DNA of 64,000 nt from Macrostomum lignano (Eukaryota). The notes under the pieces are model-generated. The model searched no databases. It saw only the letters and a list, made by a program, of their open reading frames with translations, and was not told where the DNA came from. This document shows positions 11,956-23,918 of this stretch, in pieces (the stretch's first letter is position 1; every line of letters begins with the position of its first letter). The position numbers and the translations under genes are program-made. The stretch lies in the NCBI GenBank assembly GCA_002269645.1, contig NIVC01000293.1, positions 1 to 64,000 of the forward strand, written 5' to 3'.

Positions 11956-12529
11956 ATAAGCTGAAGCTGTTGTATTGTTACTCGTATATAAGTGTCTTCA
12001 CAGAAACGCTCCGTTTAAAAAAAGTTGGGATGGAAATTTATGCATGCCTGACACATGACAGCATCGTCTGTTTATTCTTCTCGTCTACCTTTTTATTCCA
12101 TTTTCGTTGCCTTCAAACTTCAGCCTGTACACTCAGCAATCAAGGTGATAGCGTAAAAAAAGTCAAATAATTTTCAGCCTTGACTCTCGGTGACTGTACG
12201 CTAGAATACCATATTTCATACTGGATATTTGTACTTGCGAAAAGTTACGAATGACAACGTAATTTCCTAATGCAGCAGCTCTGTGTTGCAACAGTTTGTT
12301 TTTACATTTTAATTCCGTTGCCAACGGAACAACAGGTACCGTCGAAAAGCTTGCGATAAAATGAAATGTCCGTTTTACTTCCTTTGCATGTTAATACAAA
12401 ACTGCACGATACGTGCACACGCATAGTTTTCTGTCGTCTAGAAGCAACGATTTACCATACGGTTATTTAAAGGCTGCGTGCATCCAACCCTGGCGCACTT
12501 TAGGCGTTTAAGCGACATTGTCACTTAAG

Positions 12530-12600
12530 CGACTCCCCTGAGCAGGCATACACACGAGCAACCCTCACACAGGAGTGTACAGCGGCTTTGACTTTATTTG
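12530..12600 (-). mobile_element. SINE family 1, 3' fragment in inverted orientation
   Basis: Reverse complement of the AAATAAAG...GCTGTACACTCCTGTGTGAG...CTCAGGGGAGTCG tail seen at 12857-12940. Confidence 0.7.
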
Positions 12601-12678
12601 TTTCTTTATAAAATTCGAAAAATTAGTTTTCAGGTAAATTTTCCTGTTTATAATCGAAGTTTATAAGCCGTGATGTTA

Positions 12679-12955
12679 GGGGCCGTAGCCCAGCGGCAGC
12701 GCAGGCTCTGGTGTGCCAGCAACCCAGGCTCGATTCCAAGTGCAGTCACATTAATTTGGGGCTGAATTGGAATCTCGGCTTGGCTCTGCTCGTGCAATTA
12801 ACGGCCTTGAGGGCCAACCCCCCAAGGCGCAGTGAAGTGTACATGCCTAACGATAAAATAAAGTTAGGGCCGCTGTACACTCCTGTGTGAGTGTGTGCCT
12901 GCGTACGTATCCGCGCGCTTGTATGCCTGCTCAGGGGAGTCGGCGGAATGGGCAG
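12679..12955 (+). mobile_element. tRNA-derived SINE, family 1
   Basis: GGGGCCGTAGCCCAG head, GGCTCGATTCC B-box-like motif; body colinear with 6619-6908. Confidence 0.72.
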
Positions 12956-12961
12956 TTTTAG

Positions 12962-13590
12962 CTGCAGAACCTGAAGTTTTTAAAAGGCCATACATGTATC
13001 GTCGGTTAAACTAATCAGCTGATGCATTTCACTAAGAAAATAATATTACGCGATTTCTGTATATCAATCTAAATAACTGTTACAGTGTATCTATTCGTGA
13101 ACGAAATTTATAAACTCAATTTACTAGACTCATCTTAAACGCTGACTTCGAATAGTAGAAGTTATTTAGGGTTAGGCGAAGTGACGAAGACTGATATTAT
13201 AGCATAACGTGAAAGACAGCGAGTATAAATGAACGAGTAGGGAAGCAACACAAACTAAAAAAAACCGGCGCGCAAAAAGGAAAGGGAAAACAGTACGAGT
13301 AAAAGCAAAGAGCTAGCTGCTAGGTTACCGGCACTGCCACTCAGAGATGTACCCACGAAACCGCCGAGTTGTGCCAATCTCCCAGAAAGCTTCCAGTACG
13401 GTCTTGAAAAACAGGCGATTTAGACGGTGTCAGACACGCTGCTGAGTCGGGGGGCCACCAACATTGCGGCTCTGACAAAACTGAGAATAAGTGGAAGCTC
13501 TGAGACGCATCGAGAAGGCGATTCAGCTGCCAGAGATGTCCGAGCGCAGCAACAAGGCACAATTAGAAAGCGGCTGCTGAGCTCATGCAT
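12962..13590 (-). mobile_element. Degenerate second copy of the tyrosine-recombinase-bearing element end
   Basis: Diverged direct repeat of 13864-14600; it lacks the HSLRRGG segment. Confidence 0.65.
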
Positions 13591-14280
13591 CGCGAAGAGG
13601 GCCGTAGCCTACTGGTCAGCGGCCCAGGCTCGATTCCAGGTGCAGTCGCTTGGCCGCGGCACATCGGAGCGCCGCGCTAGACCACTGGGCTACCACTTCC
13701 GGTGCAGTAAATGTTTTATCGCTTTAGCCTTTAAGCGAATTCGAATGTTGGGTGTCAGGTACATTTTCCTGCTTATATTTGAAGGTTAGAAGCCCTGGAG
13801 TTCACTTGCATTGCAGCTTTTCTTTCTCATGATAAAGATTGGCCAAAGTTTTGTTTGACAAAAATGCAGAATCTGAACGTTTTAAAAAGCCATATTATCA
13901 GTTGAGCCAATCAGTTGATATACTTTGGTAAAAAAATCATTATGTCTGTATAACAATCAGTATAATCTGTATAACTATTACAGCGTTTCTATTCGTTAAT
14001 GAATTAATAAGCCTCATTCACTAGACTCATCATTAAGGGCTGACACCGAATCGTAGAAGTTTATGCCAATTGCTAAAAAGTTTTCTATGGGTTTAGGCAC
14101 TTTGATGAAGACAGAAACAGCAGAACGTGGATGACGGAGAATACATGTATAAATTAATGAGCAGGAAGCAACCCAGACTCTGAAAAGCAGGCGACTCAAA
14201 GGAAAGAAGGAGCAAGAGAAGAACGGTACGAGTAAAGGCCAGCAGACATAGACCGAAGAGCCGCTAGGTTCTGACCTTCG

Positions 14281-14640
14281 CTAGGTTACTGGCACTGCCA
14301 GCAGAGATGTACCCGCGAAATCGCCGAGCTGCGCCAATCTCCCAGCATTGAAAGCAAACGTCGCTCCACCACGTCGGAGCGAGTGCGCAGAGAAGCTGGA
14401 AGTTTCCATTCCGGTCTTGCGAAACAAACGCTGCAGGCGGTGGCGAACCTCCACTGAGTCGGAGGGCCACCAAAATGGCCGCTCTGACGAACTAAGAATA
14501 CGGGAAAGCTCTGAAACGTATCGAAAATTTGATTCAGCTGCCAGTGATGTCGGGGCGCAGCCACGGGGCGCAATTTGAGAGCGGCTGCTGAGCTCGGACC
14601 CATGACCGGGAGCTGGAGATGGTGTGGACGCGCTCACCGA
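14281..14640 (-). mobile_element. Tyrosine recombinase C-terminal relic (DIRS/Ngaro- or Crypton-like)
   Basis: FSAHSLRRGGATFAFNAG in one frame and LGDWRSSA in the adjacent frame match the HSxRxGxAT ... LGxWxSxA catalytic region of YR elements; frameshifted. Confidence 0.82.
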
Positions 14641-15073
14641 TCTGCACTGTCTTTGAAGAACGAGCTACATAGATGGCCCGATTTCGGGTCATCCCGCCAG
14701 CCCCGAAGCGAACGGCCGCGCGTTTGCAAAAGTCTATAGCAAATCAACCATCATCTCAGCACACCCGTTCCCGACGGGAATGGCCCGATTTCGGGTCAGC
14801 GTCTAACAATGTTGCAAAGAGTAGATTACGCAAAAAAATATTATTAGCTTAGAGATGTCATACCTGTAATTATATTAACTCGTTTATAATAAAAATACTG
14901 CCGCAGTTTTCAACAAAACTGTAAAATTGTTTACTTTTGCTTTTACGAAGTAAGCTTGTTCCCAATGAAGCCGGAATAGTCTAATTACATGACTTATTAG
15001 GGACAGTTTTAAAGTAGGAAATGATTTATAGACTGGAGCATCTGCAAGATACGAGAAGCAGGCTGGTACAATG

Positions 15074-15204
15074 GGTAGGTAGGTAGGTAGGTAGGTAGCT
15101 AGGTAGGTAGGTAGGTAGGTAGGTAGCTAGGTAGGTAGGTAGGTAGGTAGGTAGGTAGGTAGGTAGCTAGGTAGGTAGGTAGGTAGGTTAGGGTTAGGGT
15201 TAGG
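15074..15204. repeat. (AGGT)n microsatellite ending in TTAGGG TTAGGG TTAGG
   Basis: Tetranucleotide run 15074-15187 followed by telomere-type hexamers 15188-15204 that abut the right inverted repeat. Confidence 0.9.
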
Positions 15205-16006
15205 CTGAAAATTATTTGAATTTTTTACGCTATCACCTTGATTGCTGAGTGTACAGGCTGAAGTTTGAAGGCAACGAAAATGGAATAAAAAGGTAGACGA
15301 GAAGAATAAACAGACGATGCTGTCATGTGTCAGGCATGCATAAATTTCCATCCCAACTTTTTTTAAACGGAGAGTTTCTGTGAAGACACTTATATACGAG
15401 TAACAACGAGTAAGCTGTTTGGCAGTTGGAAGACATGTGATGTGTTTTCAACCCAGTCCTGATTTCAACCATCCAACCCAGTCAACAGTTTTAATTTGCA
15501 CCTGGGATTTCTTGCAAGACCAACGAGTTAATTAAAATGTACTAAACTTCGCTATGCTTTGATAGCAAGTTATGAAGATATGATATCGATTCTCATATTG
15601 ATATGACCAAAACACCAGAAATACTTCAGGGGGTGATTTCTGAAATGAAGTGTTGAGATACGGCACACTTTTACCTTCAAGGCATTCTGTATCACAATAT
15701 TTATGATTTATTACGTTCGATACGGATAAACTCGAAACCAAAATCAGCGAAAATTGGAAGTCTTGTGTCAAAATTAGCCTATAGACATTTGTGGAAAAGT
15801 TGCCTAGATATTGCCAGATTTGGTTTCATATACTTAAATTAAAAGCTGTCTAAATTTGATGTTCGGCCTGTTTACTGGAAGTTGATTTAATTTAGTGGAA
15901 AGAAGATTAACGCGCATAAATACGAACAGGCACATTGAAACAGCAGTTTTCCGCTTACTAGCTCGTATGCCATGCCCGCAGCGCCCTGCAGCTGAACCAG
16001 ACTGCG

Positions 16007-19000
16007 ATGAAAGCAGGCACCAGATTTTTTTGTTACTTTCAACTCATTGTGTTTGGCTTGTTATGTTGGTTTTCTTCATCCGGTACGTTTATTCTGTTTT
16101 GATTAGAGTCAGAAAAAACCAGTTTGCTCTTGCTAAAACGTGGGTTAATAAAAACGCAGAGTGCTGTTCCGGTGGGACGCTTTACTCGTCATCTGGAACG
16201 ATCGCGTGCCCCTCCTACGGAGGCCAGTATTCAAACAATTTGGATGTTTCCTGGACTATTCGATCACGTGGTGTCAGCCGAATCCGATTCAGCAAGCTGG
16301 ATGTGGAGCCATGCTGCGACAAAGTGCTCATTTATCAAAACGCAACCTCAGCCTCAAACAGCTCAGAGAGGTTTCGACTTGTGCATGCAAACGCGACTGA
16401 GTCTGAGTTCTGGGTGAATTCGCCCTTTGTTGTGCGGTTCCGAAGTGACGGGTTTCACACGAGATCGGGATTTCGGCTTTCTTACGAACGCCAGTGGGTA
16501 TCGATTCCAGGTGAATTTTATGCCTTACGTTTATAACAGCTAACACTCTGGTTGACTTTTGCTGATTGATTTTTATCTCGGATGAAAATGGAATTTCAGC
16601 TGCTACTGAGGTTATTCGGCAGAGAAGCGGTGTCAGACGGAGCCATCCAGATGTCGGGTCCTACAGCAATAACTACAAAAAGGCTTGGAGTATTAACGTG
16701 CCCAGAAATTTCAGTGTTTTCATTCGATTCACAAAGTTCGACACGGAATCTGGCTGCGACTATCTTAGGATATATGCAGGAATTGTTCCGGGATATCAGC
16801 ACACGGCTCTGCGAGCAATTTCTGGCAGAAATACAAGTCTTTATCTGTCATACACGTTTTCGCATAGTGTTACCTTCGTTTTTACTACTGACGGCTCCTC
16901 TGTCCGTGAAGGGTTCGAATTTAAGTTCGGTGTCTGTGAGTGTTACAATTAGTCTAAATTATCTTTCAGTTTTTTCAGTTTTTATTTTTTGGATTAGTTT
17001 ATGTAGAAAGTTCAGAAGTTAGGTCACTAATTGTCCTGTGCAGAAAATCTAGACTAAGTTTATGTATTTTTGTTTAAAATGTATTCTTTTGGCCAAATAC
17101 GGGCAGAGAAGAATATTTCTACTCCGTAGATGCGCCATAGGATTATCGAACATTGTATAATGAATTACCGCTTCTAAGCAATGAAAAGGAACTTACAGAA
17201 ATTTCCTTTCAATTACATAAAAAATAGACTTACACAAAAACGTTTACAGCGCTGCATTAACTCAGCATGATACTATATTTACAGATTATCCTGAATTAAA
17301 GGCCATCTTTCCAAAATGGACCGGAATGGCCACAGGTGGCTCAAAATTCAGTGTTTCACTGATTTCCCCGGATCAAAATGTATCAGCAAGGTGTTACTTA
17401 GATCTTGAATGTGGAAGCCGAACTTCGGAGATGGCAATGATTTCAGAAAAATTGGCTCAACCGATTTTCTTCAAACTTGCACCATTCGATCAGAAATTTT
17501 CCTGGGACGGTACATGCATCTTGGCTAAGAAATTGCTCAATGTTAAAGGGATTAAATATTCGAAAAACATGCTTTTTTGCAAAGGTCAAGCAGCTCTTTC
17601 GACCTGAAATGCATTGTAAGAATGCTAGAGAAAAAACTGTCTGACTGAATTTCAATTCTGATAAAGATTGCATCACAACAAGTTGAAAACAGTGCCGAAG
17701 AAATGCACACACGACTTGATTTAAATTGCGTAACCAATATTGCTAACTTGAACTGAGACTGATACTGGCTGACTGAGAAATTGATTATGTCATAACTTTT
17801 TACTTTAATTGACTTGCTGTAAGAATTGAATTATAAGGGCCACAATTCATGTACTCCAATTGAAAAGAGATACGTGACTCCATGTTAAACACTAAAGAGC
17901 CACCATGTCAAACATTAAAGAGCCACGATGTCGAACATTTAAGAGCACCATGTTAAACATAAAGGAGCCACCATGTCGAACATTAAAGAGCCACCATTTC
18001 AAACAGTAAAGAGCCACCATGTCAAACATAAAAGAGCGACCATGTCAAACATTAAAAAACCACTTTGTCTAACATTAAAGAGCCACCATTTCAAACATTA
18101 AAGAGCCACCATGTCAAACATAAAAGAGCCACCATGTCAAACAATAAAAAGCCACTTTGTCTAACATTAAAGAGCCACCATGTCAAACATTAAAGAGCCA
18201 CCATGTCAAACATAAAAGAGCCACCATGTCAAACATAAAAGAGCCACCATGTCAAACATAAAAGAGCCACTATGTCAAACATTTAAGAGCCACCAAGTCA
18301 AACATTTAAGAGCCACCATGTCAAAAATTCAGAAGCCACCATGTCAAACATATATGTGACTTTATGTCAAACTTTAAAGAGCCACTATTTCGAACATTAA
18401 ATAGCCACTTTGTCAAACATTAGAGAGCCGCCGTGTCAAACATAAAAGAGCCACCAGGTTAAACATTAAAGAGCCACCATGTCAAACAATAAAGAGCCAC
18501 CATGTCTAACAGTAAAGAGCCACCATGTCGAACATTAAAGAGCCATCATGTCAAACAATAAAGAGCCATCATATTGAAAATTAAGGAGCCACCATGTCAA
18601 ATATTAAAGAGCCACAATGTAGAACATTAAAGAGCCACAATGTCGAGCATTAAAGAGACACCATGTCAAACATTGAAAAGCCACCATATCAAACAATAAA
18701 GAGCCAGCATTTTGAACATTAAAGAACCACCATGTCAAACAGTAAAGAGCCACAATGTAGAACATTAAAGAGCCACCATGTCGAACATTAAAGTGCCACA
18801 ATGTCAAGCATTAAAGAGCCACCATGTCGAACATTAACGAGCCATGATCTCAAACAGAAAAGAGCTACCAAGTTAGACATAGAAGAGCCACCATGTGAAA
18901 CATATATGTGACTCCATGTCAAACATTAAAGAGCCACCGTTTCCAACATTAAGGAGCCACCATGACAAACATAAAACTGGCACGATGTCAAACATTAAAG

Positions 19001-22000
19001 AGCCACCATGTCAAACATAAAATAGCCACCATTTCAAACACAGGAGAGACATTTTCAAATGTAATAAGAAGCGTCATGCCAATCATAAAGGAGCCCCTAG
19101 AAAGCTAAAAGGAAATGTTGCACTCTATACTTTTTGTCTGGTGGATGCTTGCTATTTAAAGATAGATACTTGCTATCAATTGGATGCTTGCTATCTGGGG
19201 GTTCTTTCTATCTGGGGTGCTTGCTATCTGAGGGATGCTTGCTATCTGAGGGTGCTTGCTATCTGGGGGTGCTTGCTATCTGGGAGGAGGGGGGATGCTT
19301 GCTGTCTTGGGATGTTTTCTTTTTGCATTGCGCTTCATTTGAGCAGTTTTTCTGTTGTCTTTGTGAAGACTCTATTTGACGGTTTTTTTACTTGTAGAGA
19401 ACAGAAGTTCTATCCAGATGTCCCCCATCGGGGGGCGAAGATTGCTAGTTAGGTCACTAATTGTCCTGTGCAGAAAATCTAGACTAAGTTTATGTATTTT
19501 TGTTTAAAATGTATTTTTTGGCCAAATACGGGCAGATAAGAATATTTCTACTCCGGATTATGCGCCATAGGATTATCGAACATTGTATAATGAATTATCG
19601 CTTCTAAGCAATGAAAAGGAACTTACAGAAATTTCCTTTCAACTACATAAAAGTTTTGACTTACACAAAAACGTTTACAGCGCTGCATTAACTCAGCATG
19701 ATACTATATTTACAGATTATCCTGAATTAAAGGCGATCTTTTCAAAATGGACCGGAATGGCCACATGTGGCTCAAAATTCAGTGTTTCACTGATTTCAAT
19801 GGATCAAAATGTATCAGCAAGGTGTTACTTAGATCTTGAATGTGGAAGCCGAACTTCGGAGATGGCAATGAATTCCGTAAGCCGTGCATTTTTCTGCATT
19901 AAATTTTCGAAAAAAGTTGCATATATTTACTGGTTTAAGTTTTTCTTATAATCTTGCATAGCGAATGTAATCTTTTTCGACCTTTTAATGTTTTAATGTG
20001 AAATTAAAACCAAATTTACGGAGGTCTTAAATTATTTGAATTGTTTGCCATTCCCTCAGACGATCTACTCACAGCGAAGATCAGCTCAAAAATTGTACTG
20101 ATTTTCTGGAATCGTCTCAGATACTGCTGTCTGCATTCGAAACATCACGTGCAGACTCCGTGGCAGCAGTATGAATGAACTGATTGAATCGATTCCAGCA
20201 CCTGATGGTAAAACGTATTTAATCATTTTCTGAGACTGTAGATCTGCAAAAAAATTTGAATAGGTGAAAGTGTCTGAATTCGATAATTAGCAAAGCCATA
20301 CAATAACTGTATCAGATTAGTGATTATCATGCCCTAATTCCTTTTACAAGTATGAATCTGATTTTCAGTTGACCCAGTCTCGCTTGGAATTAGCCTGATT
20401 AAGCCTGAGCTGTGGAGTCTCTCAGATGGTTTGATTCGGTTTCGAGCTGTGTCTCAAGCCGAGTGTCGGCGAGTGAGGCATCGCTGCGAGCTGAGGCTTT
20501 TCAATGGAAGCGCAGTCACTGCTGCGCAAGTGAAGCGGGTAAGAATAATGTAATAATGCGTAGTTTAAATATTTAGCAAAATATAATATACTTAGAGTAA
20601 TTGCTATGATAGGCGTGTACAACTAAACGATGTACTGTAGGCCCGTACTGATATGCAGATATACGCAATTGTATTTTCCTTCAATTTACAATACCCAGCT
20701 AGCGTATTTTCATTCTGATACAATTGCGGCATAAAAACTTCAGCAAGCATCACAGCCACGTACTTCTCAGTGTGTGAGCAGAGTTCAGACAGACTTTGCT
20801 GTGGTGGCTGAGCTCATCGACACAGTCAATTCCACGGTAGTTTGTTACAAGCAAGCCGGAACAGTCAACTATTCTCTGCCGGTTATGAAACTGCGTGAGT
20901 TGAGTTAAGATTATGAAATCAATGCATAGATGAATACAAATAATAGGAATTTAGTATATAGAACTTCATTAGAACAAGAAGTATATATATTCGCATAACG
21001 TCACTTGAATCGAAATTGAACGAAAAAAGCAATCTAACATGCTATTACTATTACTTTATTCATCGTAAAGTTGATTCTAAAATAAGAAATACTTTATTCG
21101 AATATTAGGCGTTTCTGACTCTGTTTTCAAATAAACATGTGAAATTGGCGGCAATTTTGAGAGTTCTAATCAGGTGAAAAATGTGTCCTATGTACAGCTG
21201 ATTTATTCCATGCTAAAAATTGAAAATAAAAGAAAAGATTCTCAGCTCCTTGCAATGATCATTCTCTTATCCCAGCTGTTCGAGAAATTCAATGGAGATT
21301 CCCAGATTCTGCTGGAATCACTGCGGGTGCTGCAGTGCGCATTTTGTTTACAACAGCTGCAAGCATCCGAGGCCTGTCAGCGAAATGTCGGCTGCACCAG
21401 GAGTGTGGGACTGGAACCATCGAAATCCCAATGCGTGTTGTAAGATGAAAAATCAAAGTATTTGACACCCAACGCAGGCAAATAGAAATATATATTTAGG
21501 CTAAACATTAGTTTGCATCAGATGAAAGCCTATTAAGGTTGATACTATTTCGTACACTATTCTTGTACTAGTCATATTGCTCACGTTATTCACACCATCA
21601 ATTATTAAGCTCAATCGTCGCTTTACCTGCTACCACAGGATCGAATCGTCTCGACGTCTTTGGGCAAAGTATTCCACTTCTTTGGAAGATGGCAGCGTCA
21701 AGTGTGCAGCCGCAATGTGTCTTGCATATTCTCTGTGCCAGGAATGCTCGATTCGATTGAATTCAGCGAATTACCTCCAGGTATCGCTTTTGAACTCTCT
21801 GGCTAATAGTTTCCTTCATAACAGCGCATAAAAAGCAAGGCCCTTGATTCATTTAAAACAAACTATGTAATCAAAGCCCGTTTCTGCGTTTTTTAATTGA
21901 TTTCAGTTGAACCAAATGACTTACAGCTTGAGTTGATTGATCCTGAGCTTTGGCTACTCAATGGAGCGATTCAGTTCCGTGCGGTTTCCGAACTCGCCTG

Positions 22001-22733
22001 TCCCAGTGTGAGGCATCGCTGTGAGCTGAGGACGGCCACTAATTATTCGATTCCTGCGACACTGATAAAGAAGGTTGTTTTTGTCTGTTGTCAGCCTTTT
22101 TTGTAGCTAGCTATTTGTGCAAGATAGTATGCTTTGCTTAACTTCAGGATGTCTCGAAGCCCACCGGACCTCAGTGCTTCAGCTCGGTGATGTCGCAGTT
22201 CTTGGCGTTCGCTCAGCCATCAGACGTAGCGGGTTCCACTGTGAGATGCCGCCTGCTCAACGGCAGCTCTGCGCTTCTCATGCATCCCGAACTGGGTTTT
22301 GGTGAGTTTCGCAGCTGATTTCAGATGTTATACACGAGGAAGCAGCCGTGCTTTAAATATTGGCATATTGCCTCCATCAACAGGAGAGACGAGGCTGGCG
22401 GGAGTCTGGGAGCGGCCACTGCTAGCAGCTTCATCAACTACGGCTGTTCTCGCCATCATTGCACTGGTAGCAGTGGTGGCCTGCTTTGTGCTGATGAGAT
22501 CTGGTCGGCGGCCACCTTGGAAAGAATCGCCGGATGCGTCAGTAGTGAATGAGTCAATGAAGATGCAAATGACAGTCAGTAACCAATACTATGGCGAATC
22601 AGCAGGCATTGTAAGCAGCTTTAATGTGATTTGAGGCACCAGACTTCATCATATTTTCAGCAATTTCAAATTATTAATCATGCTTGCATCCGACTTTCAG
22701 CCTGATGACTCAACCGGAGTTTACGTCACGTGA
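16007..22733 (+). CDS. Paralog A2: CUB-domain type I membrane protein; 656 aa if the W1 exon pair is skipped, otherwise truncated
   Basis: Predicted exons 16007-16082, 16160-16510, 16600-16935, [19716-19876, 20060-20207 with TGA at 20099-20101], 20369-20538, 20744-20894, 21276-21439, 21639-21780, 21907-22073, 22148-22301, 22384-22610, 22701-22733. All other exons are open and phase-compatible. CUB motifs LDVEPCCDKVLIY and FRSDG...GF are present. Confidence 0.8.
17441..19448 (+). mobile_element. 5'-truncated non-autonomous Helitron-like element
   Basis: 3' hairpin CCCCC-ATC-GGGGG, then CTAG (19445-19448) followed by T. Shares GGCTCAACCGATTT, GGGACGGTACATG, GATTAAATATTCGAAAA and an 18-bp minisatellite with the element at 36242-37680. 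Confidence 0.78.
17878..19040. repeat. 24-bp minisatellite (AAAGAGCCACCATGTCAAACATTA), roughly 45-50 degenerate units
   Basis: Contiguous tandem units without spacers, inside the Helitron-like element. Confidence 0.95.
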
Positions 22734-23918
22734 AAGAGCCCAGAGTATGATTAACTTCTTTCTCGAGTAGACGAAAGATAACGACCGTAATGCACTTATA
22801 AATATAAGGCAAGTACTTTTTTCTAAAAAGCTTTGAAAAACTCATCTCCATTCCTACTACAGTTTTACTTCGTTTTAAAGTCAGTAATTACTTCCAACAT
22901 TAGCTTTATATGTATCTGATATATAAACCCTACGTTTTAGGTTCTCCTGTATTCCTGATGGTCCTGAGGCTTTATATATACAGTTTAAACTATAACCACT
23001 GTTTTTGTAATTTACTCAAGGTGGTATGGTAGTGCTTAATAAAACAAAATTTATCATAATTGAATTACTTCGAAATCTAATGGATAAAATTATTAAATGA
23101 ATTCTGTTTAGTACCTTGACAATTTGAACTTGTGAAGCAACAATTTTTGAGCATGTAGACTTAGGAACAGTCTCGGATATTTAATAAGGAGTATCAGAAT
23201 GTCAATTAATTTCCACTGAAGTCTTCCGTCGGGTTTTTATTTTTTTGAGTTTGAAGTTTTCGTGCGATTAATTGAAGTAAAATTCTGATTTCAAAAAAAG
23301 TTTTTAAATTTCATCAATAACGAAGTCTTTAAAGCTTTTTCAGTTTCCTATTGCCAGTTTTTTTATAGTAGCAGTTTTTTGTCCCTGCAGCCGTAAAAGC
23401 TTACTAGTAGTAGTGTAGTGACCTTCGCGAACGTTCGATGCATTAATTATGAATTATTTATTTCTAGAAATTTCCCCGTAGAGTACAAATTAAATTCTCG
23501 AAATTTCTTCTCACAGTAACTAATTCTAATACTCGCATTTATAAATATTCAATGTATAATTTATTACAGTAAGGCAGTACTACAATTAATGCAAATCTAA
23601 TAGGAATCAATGATTCATATTTGTTTTGTTATAATGCTCAGAATATTCTAGAAGTTTCCGGCGATGCTCCTGATGGCTATAAATAAACGGTGCCAACCGC
23701 GGATAATCTTTACTTCTCCTTACTTCTTACTCCGCTGTCTCTTAACCACATAAAATAAGAACCACCGCCTAGCTCTTTCCCTTTCTTTAATTTACATTAA
23801 ATTCTACAGTAGCACTATAAGAAAACGATTCGGGGTCAGCCTTGGCTTGAGTTTAGTGACGAAGTTTATTCATTCACGTATGGGATTATTTCTATCAAGG
23901 GATGCTTGCTGGGATTGA

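Larger units (their letters stand above)
11975..15406. mobile_element. 3.4-kb composite segment bounded by ~206-bp inverted repeats
   Basis: 11975-12180 is the near-perfect reverse complement of 15201-15406. Each arm contains TA plus a Tc1-type end (CACTCAGCAA at 12130; TTGCTGAGTG ending at 15251). Confidence 0.85.
17017..19871 (+). repeat. ~424-bp direct repeat (17017-17440 / 19447-19871) flanking a Helitron-like element and duplicating exon W1a
   Basis: Near-identical copies. The upstream copy of the exon (17285-17440) is cut before its GT donor. Confidence 0.9.

Noticed and set aside
17878-19040. 24-bp repeat array as a possible CRISPR array
   Set aside because: Units are contiguous with no unique spacers, the context is eukaryotic, and there are no cas genes; it is a minisatellite.
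21572-21638. Apparent frameshift and TAA in A2 exon W2b
   Set aside because: These lie upstream of the stronger acceptor TTTACCTGCTACCACAG (21638; 3710 in A1), so they are intronic.
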